Shown piece after piece: positions 1 through 12,789 of a stretch of DNA of 64,000 nucleotides. Each line of letters begins with the position of its first letter. Within the stretch, counting starts at the first letter, position 1. The notes beneath the pieces are model-generated. The model was given only the letters and a program-made list of their open reading frames with translations. It had not been told where the DNA came from and did not search any database. The DNA is taken from the NCBI RefSeq assembly GCF_006345805.1, contig NC_043001.1, forward strand, positions 53,816,001-53,880,000, written 5' to 3'. This stretch comes from Octopus sinensis (lineage: Eukaryota). The position numbers and the translations under genes are program-made.

Positions 1-2450
1 AGGAAGATGGTGTTGGAGCACATCTTGCGGGCCAGGTCACCCTTGCTATTTACTCCAGCTTAGATTGTTAACAACAATTACTCCAAGGTCTCTGGTGTTG
101 TTGGATGACACCATGTAGTCGCCCGAGGGAAGGGCCTATGGTAATTTCAGAGGTCCCTCTGTTCCGAAGTGGATCAAATCAACCTCATTTTCACTTACAA
201 GCATATTGTTTTTTTTCCGCTCATTGGACAATACCAAACAAATCTGACAGATACAGTTTATGGCTTTCCGGTGTTTTGAATCATCTGCAAACATTTCAAT
301 GTAGAATGTTTGATGACATCTAAATAATGAAAAGGAGTGGACCCAACATAATACTTTGTGGGACACCAGTACTGACTTTGACTGAGCTGAATCGTATTTC
401 CTTAGACACAACATGCTGGGTTCTGTTCGTCATGAAATATTTTATCTATTGCGGCAGCTTTCCATGTTGGACGGTTTCTTCAGCAGGATTTTCTGGTCCA
501 CTCTGTCAAATGCCTTGCTGAAATCAAGGTATATGACGTCAGTGTTGCCTTCTCCCAACGCTATTAAAATGTCATCAAAATGGTGCAGAAGCTGCGACAG
601 GCAGTCCCTGCCATCACGGAAACCATGCTGGTTGGGTTTCAACAGATTGTTGTCTTCGAAGAAGTGAGTTATTCGTGATTTCACCACCGTCTCAAATACT
701 TTAATGATTTGAGAAGTGAATGAAATCAGACGGTGGATCCCTGCAAGAGATTTGTTTCCCGTTTTGAAGACTGGAACGACAGACTAGGAGAGGAAAGGGT
801 CAGGAATGTAGCCAGAATCAAGTGGGTTTCTCCTGAGCTCAGGTAGAGGGGGTGCAAATTGATGTTCGACACATCTTCAGGAGAGTGGCCGAGAATTTAT
901 GCCGAGTTGTGCTTGATCTTATCTATTTCTGTTAGGATATCAGGAGCACCAAAAGTTGTCAGATATGGTTAGTTGAGGGTTATATCACTGATACTAGCCA
1001 GATCAACCGCATTACGGTTACTGGAGACAGAGCAGTATTGTCTCTGCAGTATCTAGCAAATAGATTTTGCATCATCATGTAAGGTGTTGTTATCATAAGC
1101 CAGAGGACTAACAGTGGTAACAACGTCTTTGTTTTCTTTTTTTTTTTGCAAATGAAAAGAACATTTGGGGATTGAGTTTTATTTTCTCAATGGCCCACCT
1201 ATCCTCAGCTGCTCTTTGTTTGTTAATGATGGTCATTATACTTCTTTGAAGGTTGTGTTTTTTCGATTCGAGTAACGCAATGGCAATCGAATGGGTGCGT
1301 TGCTGCTGGTAGCATTTAAGTTGGTTCATTTTCTTGTTAATTCTTTTTATTTTTCTGATAATTGCTCTTCTATTTCTAGCGATTCTGCACTTAGATTTGT
1401 ATGCTGATCGTAATGGAGTATGTTCTGCGCATACATTTTTTTAAAGTATCTACAAATGTCTGCCATGATGTGTTCAAGTTGGAGGGTGTGCGTGACGACC
1501 CAATCAACTTGTGAAAGATCATAATCGATCGCATCCCAGTCTGCGTTATGAAAATCCATAGTGTCAAATGGATGGACTGGTGAGATATCATTAGCTTTGA
1601 TCTTTGGGTGGTAGAATCTTAGATCGCAGAGAACCATGTCATGGTCCGAGAGTAGTAGTGTTTTTTCCACTGCAATATTGAGGATAGTATCAGTGTGGTT
1701 ATTGAACACTAGGTCCAAGGTGTTTTTGTGACACCTTGTTGGTTCGAGAACAGGGTGGACCAGGAAAAACTCATCCATGAAATCAAGAAGCAATTTGATT
1801 GCTTCCTTATCAGGGATTGAGGTGGAAAAACCTGGTTTCAAGCTGTTTGTGGACCAATCAACACTGGGAAGGTTGAAGTTCCCCATCATTAATAAAAGGA
1901 TAAAACACTTAATACTGTTGAGGCATTATTTGAAGCGTAGAAAAGGAGTTAGGGTGGCCTATAGAGCCCAACTACTATTAAATTGTTGGTTTTACTATAC
2001 TCAGAAGCTGCCTCAGAGTAGCCGTTGGTAAATACATCAATTGCTTTAGAAGAAAAAGAATCGTGCACAAAAATGGCGGTCCCACGCTTTCTACTGCCAA
2101 CACAATCTGCACGGATGGCTGTAAAATTTCTTCACTCTCACCTCAGCTTCCAAGTGGAGGTTATCGAGATGGGTCTTTGTGAGGACAAAACATAGATATA
2201 GTGTGGATGATCATAAACACGGTCTTCAATAAATTGGATCTTCCAGTTTTGGGCATTGGTGGAAGGGCTGATGCCTTGTGCATTGAGCAAAAATGTTGAG
2301 GCGACAGTGGTGATTGATTTTGACTGTTTTGGTGATTTGCTTGTTAATGGTAGAAATGGAAGTTTGTGCAGTAGGGTGGGGTGGGGAGTGTCATTGTGTG
2401 ATGAGTAGAATGTTCTTTTGCAGCTCTTTTGCCAGATTCATTATGGCTAA
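1..2450 (-). mobile_element. Decayed CR1/L2-group non-LTR retrotransposon (APE endonuclease + reverse transcriptase), frameshifted
   Basis: Minus-strand fragments: APE motifs (VLTKTHL..AIRAD..RKRGTAIFVHDS near 2050-2200; GNFNLPSVDW and PTRCHKNTLDLVF in ORF 1347-1889) and RT motifs (QHGFRDGRDCLSQLL, DVIYLDFSKAFDRV in ORF 442-687; LGPLLF at about 330-350). Confidence 0.9.
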
Positions 2451-2519
2451 AAACATTCTGTTTTGAGAACTAATAATGCGTGTGGTAGTGGGTTTTGTAT
2501 TGATTTGGGGTCTCGTTTA

Positions 2520-2717
2520 TATATATATAGTTGAAATTTGCAGAAAAACGAAAGACGAAGACAGGTGTATAAACAACAAGCGGGTGTAATAGTTTGACGC
2601 TCGGGGAGGTGAGGAAGTCTTTTACGTTTCGAGCCTACGCTCTTCAACAGAAAGGAACAGGAGGGAATAAACAGAGGGAGAGAATGTAAAAAAGCTTGTG
2701 AATTTAGCGGTCAATCA
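2520..2717 (-). mobile_element. Penelope-type terminal repeat fragment (family A) with hammerhead-like motif
   Basis: Reverse complement aligns by eye with 60740-60900, the 3' end of the GIY-YIG remnant; ends in TTCAAC-TATATA. Confidence 0.7.
2619..2654 (-). ncRNA. Minimal type I hammerhead-like fold, family A (A6->U)
   Basis: CUUU|CUGUUGA|A|GAGC-GUAG-GCUC|GAA|ACGU|A|AAAG: helix I 4 bp, helix II 4 bp, palindromic ACGU helix III, GUA triplet. Confidence 0.6.
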
Positions 2718-2760
2718 TATACATACATACATACATACATACATACATACATACATACAT
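2718..2760. repeat. (TACA)n microsatellite
   Basis: Directly visible. Confidence 0.95.
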
Positions 2761-3242
2761 GTGTGTGTGTACTTAATCTGACACTAATTCCTCTGTTTGT
2801 TTTATATCAAACCGTTCGGGCGAGAGTTAACGATCATGAGTTTATATTGCTTTTTTTAAACAACTATCTAAATATAACAATTTTTTATAAAATGTATCTT
2901 AAAGAATTTTTGCAAAATTTAATTCATTTTCATAAAGTTTCTTCTGATGTATTTTCTTAATACTGTTCTCGGCCATGCGTCTTCCTATCTTTCTATCTAA
3001 CTGCGCACCACTCTTAGAGAATTACTACATAATATTGTATTAGTTTCATTGCTACTTAATCTTTTGAGTTGTGCCGTCAAACTGTTACGTTTTACTTTGC
3101 TAAATTTCGTTAACACCGTAGTTTATCTTAGATTAAATTCTTCACACATTTTATAAATATTCTCACGTATTAATGCAGCGAGCTTGCAGAAAAGTTAGCC
3201 TTGTGCCTAGAGTAGAAAAGAATATTCACCCGTATTATGAAA

Positions 3243-3410
3243 CCGCATGGCTCAGTGTCTTAGAGCGTCGTGCTTACGAACGTGAGGCTATGAGTTCGAT
3301 TCCCCGAATGGGTTGCGTGTCGTGTTCTTGATCAAGACACTTTCTTTCACCTTGTGATAGTTCACTCAGCAGAAGAAATGAGTTGCAACGTCACTATTGC
3401 CACGCTGTTT
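3243..3410 (+). mobile_element. tRNA-derived SINE, family S3 (decayed)
   Basis: A-box-like TGGCTCAGTG, B-box GAGTTCGATTCC, then GTTCTTGATCAAGACACTTT; homologous to 22955-23270. Confidence 0.75.
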
Positions 3411-3432
3411 GGGAATTTTCCTCACCCTTAAG

Positions 3433-3650
3433 TCGGTGAGCGGGTAGAAACGTTAGCACGCCGGGCGAGATGCTTAGCGGTATTTCCTCTGCCGTTAGGT
3501 TCTAAGTTCAAATTCCGCCGAGGTCGACTTTGCCTTTCATCCTTTCGGGGTCGATAAAATAAGTACCAGTTTTGCACTGGGGTCGATGTAATCGACTCAG
3601 TTCCTGTGTCACTCCTTATTTGTCCCCTCTATGGTTAGCCCCTTGTTAAA
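3433..3650 (+). mobile_element. tRNA-derived SINE, family S1
   Basis: GTTAGCACGCCGGGCGAGATGCTTAGCGGTATTTC..GTTCAAATTCCGCCGAGGTCGACTTTGCCTTTCATCCTTTCGGGGTCGATAAAATAAGTACCAG; repeated many times in the window. Confidence 0.9.
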
Positions 3651-4199
3651 TCACTGTTAAACCAATTTATTCTATTTTTCATTTTCTATTACCTTTTAAT
3701 TTTGTTTTTTTTTATTTTTGTTCTTCTTTTGTTTTTTGTCGGGGGGTGTATTTCCTTTCCATAATACTGATTTTAATACATAATCCCACAGAAGTTTTCA
3801 CTTTGACTTTCCTTGGACAAATTGCTTTATCAGCTAATATGTGACAACCAACGCTTGATCAACTCTTCGGTCTAGATATTTTCTTGAAATAGAAGTAAAG
3901 TCTCCCTTCAATTGCACAATGCTGTCTTAAAAGCGATTAATTCGATAATGTAGTCATATGTAAGTATATTGTGAAAATATAGATGTGGATTCAATGTCTT
4001 CCATGATAAGGTCTTTTGGTCGAAGTTGCATTACAACTAAACAGAACAGAAGCATTTATGATCATTACAATCCAACATATCACAAATTCCAATTATGTTA
4101 TTTCAATTAAAAACTTAGACACGAGAATTATCTCTTTATATCTCCAAACACATAAAAAATTATTTCCACAGGCATGTAACTCAAGATTTACCTATTAGC

Positions 4200-5585
4200 A
4201 AGAGAGTTAACGACTATTTAAAACAACAATAGTCGAAGACTATTTACAACAATCAGAATGCAGACAAGTTATTTATCGTTCACTCTACTATCTCCTGGTA
4301 TAGAGATATCAATAATTTGGGCCGTTTTCTACCTTGTTAACAAGTACAATGTCTGGCTTCCTTGCTCCAGTCATTAATTTGGGCCGTTGTCTTTCTTGGT
4401 GATAAATACAGTATCTGCTATCCTTGCCCCAGTTATTCTATTATACTGAATGGTAAATTCGCACAAAATCTAAATAGTTTTCATTCTCTAACCAACATCC
4501 TGCTTATACCATTTAGCTGCTCTGGCAAACCAATATTTCCCAAATATTATGTAATGGGTATATGAGCATATTTAGCAACATTATTATGTCAACATTTGTA
4601 CTTTCGCTTACAATATGACAGATAGTTTTTTTTTTTTGTTCCACATATTTTCCATAAAAGTGATTATGTCGTTTTGTCAACACGATATCTAATGCAGTTA
4701 GTTCGGAGAACCTCTTCCATGGCGCTACACATCAGAGCTTTAATTCATTCTATAAGATCGCAATTCCCAAGCCATGACCAACTCTTATTTCATTCAAAGC
4801 CTACTTTATCTCTAGGAACACAGCGCATATATTCGTAGCCTTTATCTTATTCCTTCCACTCAATTTAGATTACATTACAAGCCAGATATATTCGTTTTTT
4901 AATATCTCCATCATTTCCTACTTTGATCTTATTGACAAATTCCTTAATACTTGAATTCTTCCTCACCTACGTCTTTAATAATATGGCCATTTGCAAGCTC
5001 AAACCCTCTGTTCTTTGTTTTCCACATTTCAGTGTCACAATGCAACATTTTTCAATCCCAAAATCTATCCCAATACTCTGACCAATCAGGTTTATAGTAG
5101 AAATTATGCTGTCAATTTCGTCGTCATCTTTCGCAAATAGCCTTGAATGATCAATGAACACCTGATCGTTGATCTTAATACCATCACGCACATATCCCAC
5201 TTTTAAGGATTTCGCTCACATAAGTCATGCAGAAGACAAATACGAGTGGCGATTAACTGTCTCCCGAAATATACCTCTTCGTGTGTTAACAGTCCCTAAC
5301 TGTTACCCGCAAGAAATTAATTTTCTTTTCCAGCTGACCAACAATTATTCTGTAAACCTATATACATTGCCTGACGCTTGAGACACGTACTCTTAAATCT
5401 ATTTATGGAGAACCATGTCGTAGGCTTTTCTGTAATCTACCCTTGTCATGGCTCAATTCTTGTGTCTCTTTGTACAATCCACGAGGATTGTTTTATCAGT
5501 CACAAGTTGACCTTTTGTACACCAGTTTTTTTTACATATTTTCTGGTCTTCCGGTGGAATAACGTTCCCTTCAAGGAAATTATAC
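4200..5585 (-). mobile_element. R4/Dong-like RLE non-LTR retrotransposon, 5'-truncated and decayed
   Basis: RT segment SRLFAKDDDEIDS..IGIDFGIEKCCIVTLKCGK (ORF 4967-5200); restriction-like endonuclease ARKPDIVLVNK..IIDISIPGDSRV at about 4290-4370; abuts the (ATT)n tract. Confidence 0.8.
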
Positions 5586-5586
5586 A

Positions 5587-5605
5587 TCATTATTATTATT
5601 ATTAA

Positions 5606-5672
<67 letters not shown>
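5587..5672. repeat. (ATT)n microsatellite
   Basis: Directly visible. Confidence 0.95.
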
Positions 5673-5674
<2 letters not shown>

Positions 5675-5683
5675 TGTTGTTTA

Positions 5684-5905
5684 AGGTGGCGAGCTGGAAG
5701 AATCGTTAGCACACTGGCCGAAATGCTTAGCGGCATTTCGTCAGTCTTCACTTTCTGAGTTCAAATTCTGCTGAGGTCGACTTTACCCTTCATCCATTCG
5801 GGATCTCTAAAGTAAGTACCATTTGAGTGCTGGGATCAATATAATCGACCAACCCCCTCCCCCAAAATTTCAGGTCATGTCCGTATATGTATAGTTGAAA
5901 GGATT
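5684..5905 (+). mobile_element. SINE family S1
   Basis: GGCGAGCTGGAAGAATCGTTAGCAC head, GAGTTCAAATTC B-box, tail ending GGATTATTATT. Confidence 0.9.
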
Positions 5906-5959
5906 ATTATTACTGTAGTTGCAATCATTATCATCATCATCATCATTATGTGGAAAATT

Positions 5960-6560
5960 AATGTTTTAAATCAGATGACAGATATCTTGGTGGGTTTTGG
6001 AGACAACAGCTTTAAAATCACAGAATTTGTCTCAAATTTCGTGCAGAATACTGACTGGTACATTTCTACAAGCCTACAATTGCGCCTCAGTTACACTTAG
6101 CTTCCAGTTTGGATGCTGTGCCGAATGCACCCATTACTACTGGGGCAATTTTATCTTTGCGTTCCATCTCTCCGCCTTGGTGCTGATAATCCTCAATTCT
6201 CTCTGTTTCCATGATACCCGCACTTCTCTCACACTCGATTGCAAATTCCACGATCTTACACTGTTGTTTCTGAACTCTACGATGATATCTGGTATCATTG
6301 CTTCAAATCTATGACCAGTTGCTATGGGGATATTTCATAAAATGCTGTAGTTATCATTCAACCTGATAGCCTTTAGCTCATGTTCATGCAACTTTCCATC
6401 ACTTCAAATTCACAAACTTGACTAATATCAGAATGTATTTTTACTACACACTTATGCCAGCGTTAATGATTTTCCTGCTAGCTTACAGCACTCACTAAAT
6501 TAACACTATCAAACCATTTCCAAACATTCTCAGTAATTACTATTAATATTTGTTTATCCT
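5960..6560 (-). mobile_element. R4/Dong-like 3' fragment (REL endonuclease), decayed
   Basis: Minus strand reads MIPDIIVEFRNN..IVEFAIEC..IAPVVMGAFG..ARNLRQIL*, matching the PD..D and PVVIGALG pattern of RLE C-termini. Confidence 0.65.
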
Positions 6561-6629
6561 GAACAGCAATGTGTACCCTAACCCTAACCCTAACCCTTAA
6601 TCATTAGCTCTGAGGTTTATTGTTTTTTG

Positions 6630-6737
6630 AGAAGAAGAAGAAGAAGAAGAAGAAGAAGAAGAAGAAGAAGAAGAAGAAGAAGAAGAAGAAGAAGAAGAAG
6701 AAGAAGAAGAAGAAGAAGAAGAAGAAGGAGAAGAAGA
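6630..6737. repeat. (GAA)n microsatellite
   Basis: Directly visible. Confidence 0.95.
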
Positions 6738-7144
6738 ATGAATATTGATACTGTTTTCTTTTTATACCTTCATAACCCGCCTGTTGAAATCTAAAGCTTT
6801 TAGTATTAAATTATTTTTCCGATCATATATTTCATTCATGCATGCTGTACTTTTTTCCTACTCTTGTCAAAACGGAGGGGTGGATTTCCGAGGGTTCCAG
6901 ACAAAAATATGGTTTTCCGGACAAAAACATGGGTTTCGTGACATATTAGGAGCTCACAGTAATTCATTCTACGAAAAAAAAATTCAAAAGATTCTGCCCT
7001 CTCTTTTTCCGAACGACCAAAATAAGGGATTTGTGGAAAAGTAGGAGGTCAGGGAAGTAGATTCCACGCGAATATCGTGTTTTTTTTTTTCTCTGGGAAA
7101 AGCGTACAGGTGTACTTGTAGAAATTTGCTAAAACACGGTCAAC

Positions 7145-7314
7145 CTATATTAATCGGAAACGTAGATTGCCGTGCCACTGATAAAACTTTTCGCAACTTA
7201 AACCATCCAAAGGATAGGTGCATTTGCTAGTCTGAAATAAATGGAAAGGTCTAAGAAACATTGTAGTCATTGATAAGCTAAGCCAGCATAGAAGTATCCC
7301 TAGATACTCTAAAC
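7145..7314 (-). other. Candidate terminal coding exon, unidentified
   Basis: Pyrimidine-rich acceptor GTCCTCTTTCATTCCCGATTTAGTTTCTCAAG followed by an open frame GLEYLGILLCWLSLSMTTMFLRPFHLF..YQWHGNLRFRLI*. No family recognised. Confidence 0.15.
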
Positions 7315-7844
7315 CTTGAGAAACTAAATCGGGAATGAAAGAGGACACAGAGTGTTCATTGTTGAAATGTTTAATAGCATAAACCACAAATAAATTACGA
7401 GACCTACACGAATTTATTGGTTGAATTTCGTAAAGAAAATAGAAAATATTGCTAATAGGAAAAATCTTTATTTGTCGATTAGTTTTAAATCAGTTTCATC
7501 GACGAAGCCTTTTAAACATTCCCAGATATTAAATATATTCGTCAAAACAAATTTTTGTATATGGCAGGAGCGCGTGTATGTCTATGTTTATATGTACATA
7601 GGCGTTTGTGAATAGTTTTCTTTGTTCGTGTTTTCATGATACATAAATATTTACATCAGCGGTGTGTTTCTAATCATTGCAGTATGTTCTGATTTTCCCT
7701 TTGACAATAATCTCTAAGAAATTGTTTTAGATTTAATGTTTCCGATGTGATCTTCCAATTTTGACGCAATACAGGCAGGACTTTTACGGCTTCCTTTCTG
7801 ACCAAATACTCTTCTGAATATTGTATTTCTACTCAATCTCATTA

Positions 7845-7939
7845 TATATGTATATATATATACAAACACACACACCTATATGTATCAAGTATATGTATGT
7901 ATGTATACGTATATATGCATATATGTATATATGTATGTG

Positions 7940-8011
<72 letters not shown>

Positions 8012-8065
8012 CATATATATAAGTATACACACACACATGCGCGCACGCATACATATACAGACTAT
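7845..8065. repeat. Compound (TA)n/(TATG)n/(CA)n microsatellite
   Basis: Directly visible; explains the YIYI ORFs. Confidence 0.95.
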
Positions 8066-8397
8066 TTCTATACAAATATAGTATCAGAGCAGTTTACTGA
8101 AATCTCTTAATTTATGCTTCATTCATTTATTTAGTTATTCAGTTTATCCATCAAGATTATTTTCCAAAACAATTAAGTTTACCTTTATTCAAAGACCTGC
8201 TACAAGGAGAAATATGACACTTACCACACCTTCTGTTCTGGGGACAGTTATATATTAATCTCTTATCTTGCCATTCATTAATTCAACGAAAATATTGCGA
8301 AAGCTTGTAATATTAATCTAGTTTTCACTTGTATGGTGCTTTATAAAAGAAGTCACCGCTAGTTTGGGTCGAAAGCCTGAAACTTTTGCGAGATACT

Positions 8398-8510
8398 AGT
8401 CGATTACATTGACCAATGGACTCAACCACTACTTATTCTATCAACCCCTAACGAATGAAAAGCAACATCGACCTCGCGGAATTTAAACTCAGAACGCAAA
8501 AATGCAAATG
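8398..8510 (-). mobile_element. SINE family S1, decayed partial
   Basis: Reverse complement reads TTCTGAGTTTAAATTCCGCGAGGTCGATGTTGCTTTTCATTCG..GATAGAATAAGTAG. Confidence 0.7.
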
Positions 8511-11500
8511 CAGGTAATCATACTGGCCGTCGCGGAAACGATGCTTTACTCTATGCTATGACATTGGCAAGGTGCAGGGCTGTGATGTTTGTTCTCAAGT
8601 TACGGGTTCCCTTCAGTTTTGTTGCTATTGCTTTATATCTCGTTCGGAACAAAGGCATGATGATTGATTTGAAGCTCTATGTCAAGGATGGAGTACAAAG
8701 GAGTGTCTTGGCGAACACTGTTCACTGTTATAGTACTGATGCTAAGACGGAATTCTAGCACAAGAAGTGTGATGTAATAAGTCTGTAAAAGCAAGGTACA
8801 GTCCATGGCACCATGGCACCAAATAAAAGGGCAATGAAACAAATTCGAAAAGGAAGGATATAAGTCACTTAACATTCTATAGAGTTCAATGAAATCATGG
8901 GGAAGGAAATGAAAGAACTACTGAAGTGTATTTCTGAAGACTATGGCAGTCTTTGCGCTCAAAATAACCAGGAAGGAATAAATTCCAAGTAATAAATATC
9001 ATCACTAAATAGGAATTTGGAATCATAAGCTAGCAAAAGAATTATTCATCTGTATGGACACAAAGTGGCAGAAACTTTTGACATTGCAACGGAGCATTTA
9101 ATCACAAGTGTGATATCCATAATCAATATTGTAAACGTCCGGAAGAAAAAGTGAGATGGGTTTTGATCAATTGCATTTAGTTAGAGGTAAACAGTTTGTG
9201 GCATATGTAAAAAAATCTGAAATCAATGTTGAGGCATGTAAAGAAGCCCGGTACTAAAATACTGATAATCCTGTTGAGAAAGAGAAATTTAAAGAAAAAT
9301 GCATGGAAAATGAAATGGCATCGAAAGGAGAATGTCGGTGATTATGGATGCGGAGGAGTGTCTTGGAGACAGATACAAAAGTATTTATATGAGCTGCACA
9401 AAAACAAGCATTCATGACAAATTATGTAATGTGGAGAATTGATAACAGAACTACATGTTTTGGATTCGAACACGTAAAGGATAAGCGTAACTTCCAAAGC
9501 TATTGTTGTTTCCCTTTAATTTAACTGGTCTATAAATATATCAATGTCTTCATGAAATTCTTTTATTATGTTAAATATTTCGATTGTGCCAGCATTTTTA
9601 TCACACAAATGCAAAATCATATAGATCTTCTCCGCCTTCTCACTCTTTTTAATAATAGAGATTCTCTCTCTCTCTCTCCCTTTCGTATTTCCCCTTTCAA
9701 CACTTCAACATTTCCCGTTTCGTTTCATTCCTTGTTCCCTTTCTCACCTACCTTAAATTCCTTCTAAAAGGTGTGGTTACTGTTAAGCAAAGGTGTATCT
9801 ATAACGTCTTCACCCGTAGATCCCATTAAATAATATAGAAAACATTTTTATTGGAGCCAGAAAAAAAGGCTGTCCACTGTAGTGCAGCATGCCGTTTCTT
9901 GTTAATTCAATAAGCACTGATGCAAATTGTGACAGCTTGTTTAAGTGAAAGGTCGTTAATGACATGAGAATCATATCCAAAGATATTCTCATAAGCGCTG
10001 ACGATCGGCAATCTTTTGTTTTATTTTGTTTTGTTTTGCGTTTTGTACAAAAAAAGTGCTGAACGAGAAAGTGAAGTGCAATAACATATTGTGAGGTAGG
10101 ACCTGCTTGGACCTGCAAGTGTTGATGACCTCGAAGATGGAAAATATATGCCAGAAACAATAAGTGAATAAGACGGACGATGCAGAGCGGAATGTTTATT
10201 TACTACATGTGTGCTAATAAAACCTACGTAAGCCCATCTGTCGAATAGCAGGTAGAAAGAAAGAACGGCGAAAAGCTGTAGTGCAGACGTTAATACGAAC
10301 AAGTGCAGGCCACAAATGGGAAGGTTATAAAAGATGTTGCCGCTCTTTACAGAGCGTCAAGGGCTGCTATTCTGAGCTTAGAGCAAAATTACTGCATTAC
10401 CTCATTCCTATTGCCAACAGTACAAGAACGCGATGATAGCCATGAATACGAAAGTCAGCTTACTCTAAGACAGGTCATATAGATCTGAATCTAATAATGT
10501 TGATGTAAACCATCAGCTAGATACTCCTCTGGAAGAGGGATACCATTTCACAGAGTACTTCGAACTTACAGTAATTCCAATTGGGAAAGTTATCCTACTT
10601 GATCTGATGATTAACGTAAGAGAGATTAAAACAAATACTATCATGATAAAGGAGATGATGCGGTGTAGGTGAAGTAGGCTACACTTGGTTGCTGAAATCA
10701 TGAAATCTGTTTATCAATAGTGTGAGTTATTATGAAAAGAATAAACGTTATTTTTGCTATCATTGATATTTTTTTAATTATGGTGGTTGATTGTCATAGT
10801 CAATAGCGCGTTGGGCCCACTGCATTGCTGTATTTGTACCAGTTGTATACAATCAATGCTTAAAGCCAACTGAGGCTAATATCGTCTTTCGTTCATCTGG
10901 GGTCTCTGAAATAAAGTAGCAGAGGGCGGATGAAGACACAGTGCATTTATGGTCGATTTTAGAGTCTCACAGAAATCCAGTATGACCCCACTACCATAAA
11001 AGACTTCCTAATAGTTTTGGCCAAATCCTGCAGATATATATTCAAATAATCCTCATCTGTTATAGGTGGGCACCATTGTCAGTGTAGCTACAACACTAAC
11101 AAGAGTTAGAAGCAACAGAGAGAAAGAAATACTTGGGCTTCTCTGACAAAAAGGGCGACGGATGATCAAAGCTTGACAAAAGCTTTCCAGCCCAAACAGG
11201 CCGGTCAACATTCAATTAACCCTTATTTCAGCAGTGGTGTGTTAGTGTTGAAAATACGGCAAGGTGAAAGTTCAATTACGTCGTTTCCAGCAACCACATT
11301 ACATGAAGGAATAACCTCGCTAATTTATTAATTAATTACCTCATGGAATTTCATAATATCTTTATAAGAACAAACCAATGGCTAAACTGATGAAATATTT
11401 CAATTCCCTGTGGAAACGAACCTGCTCTTTAATATGTGTTATTCCATCGACTCTTTGCTATTATACTCGCTAAGCCTCTCTCTACAGATTTTCTATGGAA

Positions 11501-11749
11501 ATTATACGCAGTTGTGATTTTCTTATGACGTGTCGAATCCGCAACGCCTGACTAACATAACAATGAGTTCGAAGACGAAAAATGGGTAGTGGGCGTATAA
11601 CAATAGTAGTGCTGGTTATAATTTCTATAGAAAATATGTAGCGATAACCGTAACAACTGAGGCAATAGCACTGCTAACACAGAAGGACGCAGACTGACTT
11701 ATGAAAACGTGTAATATATGCTGTAGTATATTATGGTTGCATAACGACA

Positions 11750-12182
11750 CACAGGAGTGGCTGTGTGGTAAGTAGCTTGCGAACCAACCACAGGGTTCCG
11801 GATTCAGTCCCACTGCGTGGCATCTTGGGCAAGTGTCTTCTGCTATAGCCCTGGGCCGACCAATGCATTGTGCGTGGATTTGGTAGACGGAAACTGAAAG
11901 AAGACTGTCGTATATATGTATATATATATATATGTGTGTGTATATGTGTTTGTGTGTTTGTGTTTGTCCCCTTAGCATTGCTTGACAACCGATGCTGGTG
12001 TGTTTACGCCCCGTCACTTAGCGGTTCGGCAAAAAGAGACCGATAGAATAAGTACTGGGCTTACAAAGAATAAGTCCTGCGGTCGGTTTGCTCGACTAAA
12101 GGCGGAGTTCCAGCATGGCCGCAGTCAAATGACTGAAACAAGTAAAAGAGTAAAAGAGTAAAAGAGTAAAAGAGTAAAGAGT
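11750..12182 (+). mobile_element. tRNA-derived CORE-like SINE, family S2, with internal (TA)n(TG)n and (AAGAGTA)n tail
   Basis: GGAGTGGCTGTGTGGTAAG A-box region, GGATTCAGTCC B-box region, CTTGGGCAAG CORE-like motif, tandem AAAAGAGT tail. Confidence 0.9.
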
Positions 12183-12399
12183 GTCCCGCTAGGTGATTAC
12201 TATTTTACTATTGAATAAATGCAGCAACCGATTGACTGGAAAATCTCCTTAGATAATCAGTTAGTATAGAATGACCTGTGCATTAAATACATGCGTATTC
12301 TGATTTTCGTCCTTGACAGTCTGCTAGCAGGTCAGTTTGCAAGGAGTGCTGATTGAAGTATTTGCCTGTATACCTGTCTACCTACTGTCTCTCCTCTTA

Positions 12400-12680
<281 letters not shown>

Positions 12681-12789
12681 TACAGGTATATATATGTGCA
12701 TATGTGGCACAGGACGTCATGATACGTGTACAACAAAAACTACGAATTACGAGTACATGGTATATGAAATATTTTTACGAACAACAAAA

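Noticed and set aside
6576-6597. Telomeric (CCCTAA)3 repeat
   Set aside because: Only about 3.5 units beside a decayed retroelement; too short to imply a fusion site.
6865-7100. DNA transposon remnant
   Set aside because: It looks repeat-like, but I could not find matching TIRs, a TSD or a second copy.
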